This document shows, piece by piece, positions 9,878 through 14,581 of a stretch of DNA of 14,581 nt; the stretch's first letter is position 1; every line of letters begins with the position of its first letter. The notes below the pieces were generated by a model. That model was not told the origin of the DNA. It was given only the letters and a program-made list of their open reading frames with translations, and did not search any database. The translations under genes and the position numbers were made by a program. Source of the DNA: Octopus sinensis (lineage: Eukaryota); NCBI RefSeq assembly GCF_006345805.1, contig NW_021825742.1, positions 1-14,581 of the forward strand. The letters run 5' to 3'.

Positions 9878-9932
9878 CATTTATACATACATACATACAT
9901 ACATACATACATACATACATACATACATACAT

Positions 9933-10327
9933 GGTGGCTGCCCCCTCGTTATCGAGTATGGCCGTTGCACGTAGCTTAATCAATGTTGTTATCGTGCAAT
10001 GCCTGTGCAAGAAGATTTTTTTTAAGTGAGGAAAGGCTGTGCACTGAGTCAATCCCACTCATTAAGCAACAGCAGCCGTAATCCGAAAAGAAGAACAAGT
10101 CAACATCATCGGTAACCACTGAGCCGCAGTTTTTATGTCGAGGTTATCCCAGTTACCTGAGTTACCTTCTCCTAGAAGGATGCCCTAACAAAGGCTAGGA
10201 GTCCTTCACTCCCAATGGTTTAACCATGCGATCGGGTATTCAGTCCGATTATTTCTATGTCCCCTGCGCATGATACAGCCTTAAGACATTTATTGGATGG
10301 CCGTTGACTCTCAAGAGTTCCCCCGCC
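9933..10327. mobile_element. Unclassified ~395-bp element embedded in (ATAC)n
   Basis: GC-richer block with sharp borders against (ATAC)n at 9883-9932 and 10328-10623. Internal 10-bp direct repeat ATGGCCGTTG at 9958-9967 and 10297-10306. Confidence 0.6.
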
Positions 10328-10333
10328 CATACA

Positions 10334-10367
<34 letters not shown>

Positions 10368-10623
10368 CATACATACATACATACATACATACATGCATGC
10401 ATGCATACATACATACATCATACTACATACATATATGCATACATACATACATAATCCATACATACATACATACTACATACATACCATACATACTACATAC
10501 ATACATACGATATACATACATACATACACACATACATACATACAAACATACATACATACATACATACATACATACATACATACATACATACATAATACAT
10601 ACATACATACATACACACGTACG
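10328..10623. repeat. Degenerate (ATAC)n tract
   Basis: Direct reading. Confidence 0.95.
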
Positions 10624-10697
10624 TACTTAGTTGTAGTAGTGGGCTGAAAAGTTAGGATGACACAAGGTCTCAAGAATCTTGTTTGATAAACGCTAAA

Positions 10698-11519
10698 CAC
10701 AGTGGGTGGTGAGTAATGAAAATAACCCTGACATCTCATTTTAACAGATATATTTACAAAAATTACATTTAAAATATTTTGAAATACTAAAGAACAAATT
10801 TATTCAATAAAATCGCTATTGGTTTCAACCACAGCCCCCAGATGACTTCGGAATCTCCTGCAACTCTTTTTGACGTTCTCCTTGTTTAAGTTGGTGAATG
10901 CTACCATGATCCTTGCCTTCAGTTCATCTTTGGTGTTACAAGGAGTTTTCTTGGTCTCTCGCTCAACTGCGCCCCACACATAATAACCAAGGGGGTTACA
11001 GTGTGGGGAGTTATGCGGTCAGATGTTAGGGGTGAGGTGGTCACAGAAATTATCTTGCAGCCATGACCGGGTTGTCCTGATTGTGCGGCGTGGTGCAGAG
11101 TCCTGTTGCCAGAAATAGGGTCTTCCAGTAGCCATCTTCTTGACCCAGGCACCTCATGTAAGCCTCCGTGATGATTCTGAGGCTGTGTGGGAAGATGAAT
11201 GGAGGCATAACATCGCCATCACTAGTGGTCACTCCAAACACCATGATGCTGATGTTTGATTTTACATCACTCTTGGTACATGTCCTCAGATTGACACCCA
11301 AACACTCTGAAACGTTAGTATTGGAGCTTACGGTACGAATGCAAAGAAGTACAGCATGTCGTTTCGAAATTTCTGGCAGAGTGAATTATATCATGGTGCT
11401 TTTCTTCTCACAGACGGTGCCCAACTGACCCTACTATATTCTGTAGTCGAAAAAATCAAAAACAATGCGCATGCACAAAATTAAAAATATAAAATGGCAA
11501 CAATTTACCCATCGCAGCC

Positions 11520-11521
<2 letters not shown>
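10698..11521 (-). mobile_element. Internally deleted Tc1/mariner-superfamily DNA transposon, DD37D (maT) family
   Basis: Contains the transposase relic 10800-11394. Probable TIR ATGGCAACAATTTACCCATCGCAGCC (11494-11519) abuts (TA)n. The opposite TIR is only weakly recognisable near 10698-10717. Confidence 0.85.
10800..11394 (-). pseudogene. DD37D (maT) transposase pseudogene
   Basis: MI*FTLPEISKRHAVLLCIRTVSSNTNVSECLGVNLRT | IMVFGVTTSDGDVMPPFIFPHSLR | WVKKMATGRPYFWQQDSAPRRT...NI*PHNSPHCNPLGYYVWGAVERET...VETNSDFIE*. I count 37 residues between the QQD aspartate and the third catalytic position (GAT mutated to GGT). Confidence 0.9.
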
Positions 11522-11560
<39 letters not shown>

Positions 11561-11791
11561 TGTGTGTGTGTGTGTGTGTGGTGTGTGTGTTTCGTGTGTG
11601 TATGTGTGCATTTATATATATATATAATATATATATATACATATATATATATACATATATATACATATATATATACATACATACATACATATATATATAT
11701 ATATATTATGTATATATAATGTATGCATGTACGTATGTGCGTATGTGTATGTGTGTGAATATTTGAGTTGTGTGTGTGTGTGTGTGTGTGT
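11521..11791. repeat. Compound (TA)/(TG)/(ATAC) microsatellite
   Basis: Direct reading. Confidence 0.95.
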
Positions 11792-12069
11792 CTAATGAAA
11801 TGCTACTCTCGTAATTTTCCCTATGATAAAGTACAAAAAAAAAGCAAAGCCCCAACTGCGCACACCAATGTCATTTATTCAGGAACCTTAAAATAAATAT
11901 CCGTCATTGAACTGACACTTCTTAGTAAATATAAATATTTGCAGACCAAGCAAACTGAAAGGAAACACAAGCAAGATTCGCAAAATTCGATCTCTCGAGA
12001 TAAAACAAATAGATTACAAATTGATAAACTAAACACAACGCAGTAGAATATTTGTGGTGTCCGGGTTGA

Positions 12070-12264
12070 CGAGGAAGAGAACGTTGTGGCTCTTTATATT
12101 GTTTGGTTAATCAGGGTGGATAATCTGTTTTATGATGAGTAATGATTGAAGAATGTGACTTGGGAAATATTAACTTTTTCAGTAAACAGGGTTCTCTACT
12201 GGTCGGGGATATAAGAACTAGTTTTTCTCTCCCATTTGTAGAACGTAAGGAAGCGATGCATTTC
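12070..12264 (-). pseudogene. Possible Penelope-like RT/thumb relic
   Basis: With small indels the minus strand reads KCIA(F)L(D)VL...PVY*K...LSTLINQTI*RATTFSS, resembling the PLE pattern FLDV...VYRK...I..L..RA...CS. Needs frameshift corrections, so weak. Confidence 0.35.
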
Positions 12265-12274
12265 ATCTTTTGTT

Positions 12275-12388
12275 TGTGTATGTATATTGTGTGAGTTTTT
12301 TTGTGTATGTGTATGTGTGTGTGCATGAGAATAATGTGAATATGTGTGAGTCTGTATATATATATATATATATATAATATATATATAT
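12275..12388. repeat. Degenerate (TG)n grading into (TA)n
   Basis: Direct reading. Confidence 0.9.
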
Positions 12389-12650
12389 CAGTTCAGCAAA
12401 ATTTAGATTCAGATGAATATGGTACTTAAGTTAAAGGCACCAGAATTTGGTATGGTATTATCCATATAAATCAAATGGGGTGGTAGTGTAGTACAATCGT
12501 TTCATGCTACTTCATTAATTAAAAACATGTAAGTATTACATCAGTTTTAAAATGAAGATTGCTCGACATTTTAAAACTGATGTTTAATAAAATGAAGTAG
12601 CATGAAACTATTGTACTACACTACCTGGATATCCTTGTTGCTTATTTTGA

Positions 12651-12651
<1 letters not shown>
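12389..12651. mobile_element. (TA)n-embedded repeat with nested foldback, related to 1861-2153
   Basis: Outer inverted repeat 12482-12516/12591-12625 (34/35) and inner perfect 17-bp IR 12538-12554/12567-12583. 44/54 identity to 1902-1955. Confidence 0.8.

Positions 12652-12706
<55 letters not shown>
12652..12706. repeat. (TA)n microsatellite
   Basis: Direct reading. Confidence 0.95.
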
Positions 12707-12707
<1 letters not shown>

Positions 12708-12939
12708 TTCCTTTTTTATTAAAGCTGAAAAATATCATGCACACAAAAAATGCTGCTAGATTCACGTTTCCGTTCGTCGGACAGTTGCAATCAAATTGTC
12801 CGACGACGGGAATGTGAAACTCTAAGTAACAGCATTTTTTATGGTGTTTTTGCAGCTTTAATAAAAAGCATATTACTCTGCTGTCGGTATTCGAGTACTA
12901 TCTTTCCCACTTTTTTTTGCATTTACGTGCTTACTCGTG
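12707..12939 (+). mobile_element. (TA)n-embedded foldback element with inverted hammerhead-like motifs (putative Penelope-like pseudo-LTR relic)
   Basis: Imperfect palindrome 12711-12868. The arms contain CCGACGA-stem-GAA(A) motifs (plus 12796-12832, minus 12784-12752) followed by AATAAA (12860-12865). A ~70-bp unpaired tail precedes (TA)n. Confidence 0.6.
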
Positions 12940-13133
12940 TATATATATATATGTTGGGTTAACAAGTAATTTCGTTTTTCGCAAACAGATAGATTTACGA
13001 GCTCTTTGTATGATTATTGTCAATATTGTGATTTTTTAAAACTTTTTACATTTTAGCCGTTACTTTTAGCTTACTTTAGAAGCAAATTGCATGTAATTTT
13101 GTTTACAGCTGTTAGTTCAGTGTCAATTTTAAC

Positions 13134-14036
13134 ATGGAGTGCAAAAATGAACATTTTCGCCATATTTTGCTTTTTTCTTTCAATAAAGTTGCTGAGGCTC
13201 ACAAAGAGATATGTGAAGTTTATGGTGCTGGCTGCTTAACAGAATACACATGTCAGGAATGGTTAAAAAAATTTCGTCGGGAGATTTTTCACACAAACCA
13301 ATGTTCTGGCCGAATTACTGAAATTGATGATGACCGAATCAAATCCATAGCTTAATCCGATTGTCATGTAACTGTGCGAGAGATTGCGTAGGGGTTAAAT
13401 GTATCACACACAACAATTGGACATTTCTTGGACTCGTTAAGAAGCTCGATATTTGGGTTCCACGTAAATTAAAAGAGATTCATTTAACACAACGAATCAA
13501 TGTTTGCGATATGCATCTCAAACGCAAGAAATCGACCTTCTTTTGAAACGAATCATCACTGGTGATGAAAAAAGGATTGTCTACAATAACACCAATCGAA
13601 AACGATCATGGCCCAAGCGTAACGAACCAGCACAAACCTCATCGAAAGCTGCATTACATTAAAAAAAGGGTCATGCTATCAATTTGGTGGGATTACGAAG
13701 GTGGTGTGTATTTTGAGCTGCTTCCAAGAAACCAAACAATCAATTCGGATGTTTACTGTCAAAAACTAATGAAATTGGAATAAACAATCAAAGAAAAACG
13801 GCCGGAATTGGCAAATCGTAGAGGAATAGTGTTCCACCATGACAACGCAGGACCATACACATCTTTGCTAACACGTGAAGAATTATTGGAGCTTGGTTGG
13901 AAGGGATGTCCGATTCACCATATAGCCCTGACGTTGCACCATCAAATTACCTTTTATTGCGAAATTTGCAAAATTCTTTGAATGGTAAAACTTTCAATAA
14001 TGATGATGACCTAAGATCGCACTTGTTGTTGTTGTT

Positions 14037-14115
<79 letters not shown>

Positions 14116-14180
14116 AAGTTCCTTGAGCGTGAAGTAATGAAGTTGCTAGAAAGATGGCTAAAGTCATTGAAATTGATTGA
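13134..14180 (+). pseudogene. Mariner transposase pseudogene
   Basis: MECKNEHFRHILLFSF...; WVPRKL (WVPHEL motif); IITGDEKRIVY; VMLSIWWD; FHHDNAGP; PYSPDVAPSNY (YSPDLAPSDY motif, third D mutated to N, 34-residue spacing after one frameshift repair); ERWLK. Multiple stops and frameshifts. Confidence 0.95.
14023..14115. repeat. (TTG)5(TAG)26 microsatellite inside the mariner transposase
   Basis: Direct count: TTG x5 at 14023-14037, TAG x26 at 14038-14115. Confidence 0.97.
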
Positions 14181-14261
14181 AGTTCATTCTTTGTATGAAA
14201 ACAATAATGACTTTTTTTCACACTAAAAACCGAATTACTTTATAATAAATAATTATATAGC

Positions 14262-14264
<3 letters not shown>

Positions 14265-14318
<54 letters not shown>
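14265..14318. repeat. (TA)n microsatellite
   Basis: Direct reading. Confidence 0.95.
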
Positions 14319-14320
<2 letters not shown>

Positions 14321-14581
14321 TATGGGGCTTTAGTTCACAGGCGATCTAACGATTAGGTACGCCAGGTAAGTGCTTTAACGGATTTTGGTCTCCAAGGTTT
14401 TATCCGAGATGGTAGTTATGGAGCCATTGCAGATTTCCAATATAGCGGATATATAATTATTAAAGAGGACGATAAAAGCTACGGCAAAACAAACAACTCA
14501 AGTCATACATTATTTACAATTATTTACATTTGACGGGTTTTTGTCCTCATCTTGTTTGTTGTTAACACAACTTTTCGGCGA
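14319..14581 (-). mobile_element. (TA)n-adjacent repeat running off the window, possibly Penelope-like
   Basis: Abuts (TA)n. The minus strand at the edge reads GCC-GAAA-AGTT-GTGTT, resembling the 3' half of a minimal hammerhead. The 5' half would lie outside the window. Confidence 0.35.

Larger units (their letters stand above)
12953..14254 (+). mobile_element. Mariner (DD34D) DNA transposon, decayed full-length copy
   Basis: TIR cores AAGTAATTTCGTTTTT (12964-12979) and the reverse complement of 14225-14240 (AAGTAATTCGGTTTTT) match 14/16. TA-rich flanks; transposase relic inside. Confidence 0.92.

Noticed and set aside
8895-10739. HTYI/MYVC-type ORFs (8895-9552, 10220-10739; also 11434-11766)
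   Set aside because: Translations of (ATAC)n, (TA)n and (TG)n microsatellites.

Overview
AT-rich, repeat-saturated eukaryotic non-coding DNA (intergenic or intronic). The SINE and repeat families look cephalopod (Octopus-like); this is inference from recalled families, not a search. No intact cellular gene, RNA gene or CRISPR array is supported, and most long ORFs in the track are microsatellite artefacts. The window is a layered mobile-element graveyard. It holds one full-length tRNA-derived SINE with a perfect 15-bp TSD and several pieces of a second SINE family. There are three minus-strand relics of an R4/Dong-type LINE reverse transcriptase, an internally deleted DD37D (maT) transposon and a decayed DD34D mariner whose frame is interrupted by 26 consecutive TAG codons. 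Several unclassified elements are each embedded in their own microsatellite: (TA)n, (ATT)n or (ATAC)n. The most interesting signal is a group of microsatellite-anchored foldback elements. One carries, on both arms, a degenerate minimal hammerhead-ribozyme-like motif upstream of AATAAA, and it lies near a possible Penelope-type RT relic. This suggests decayed Penelope-like pseudo-LTRs.
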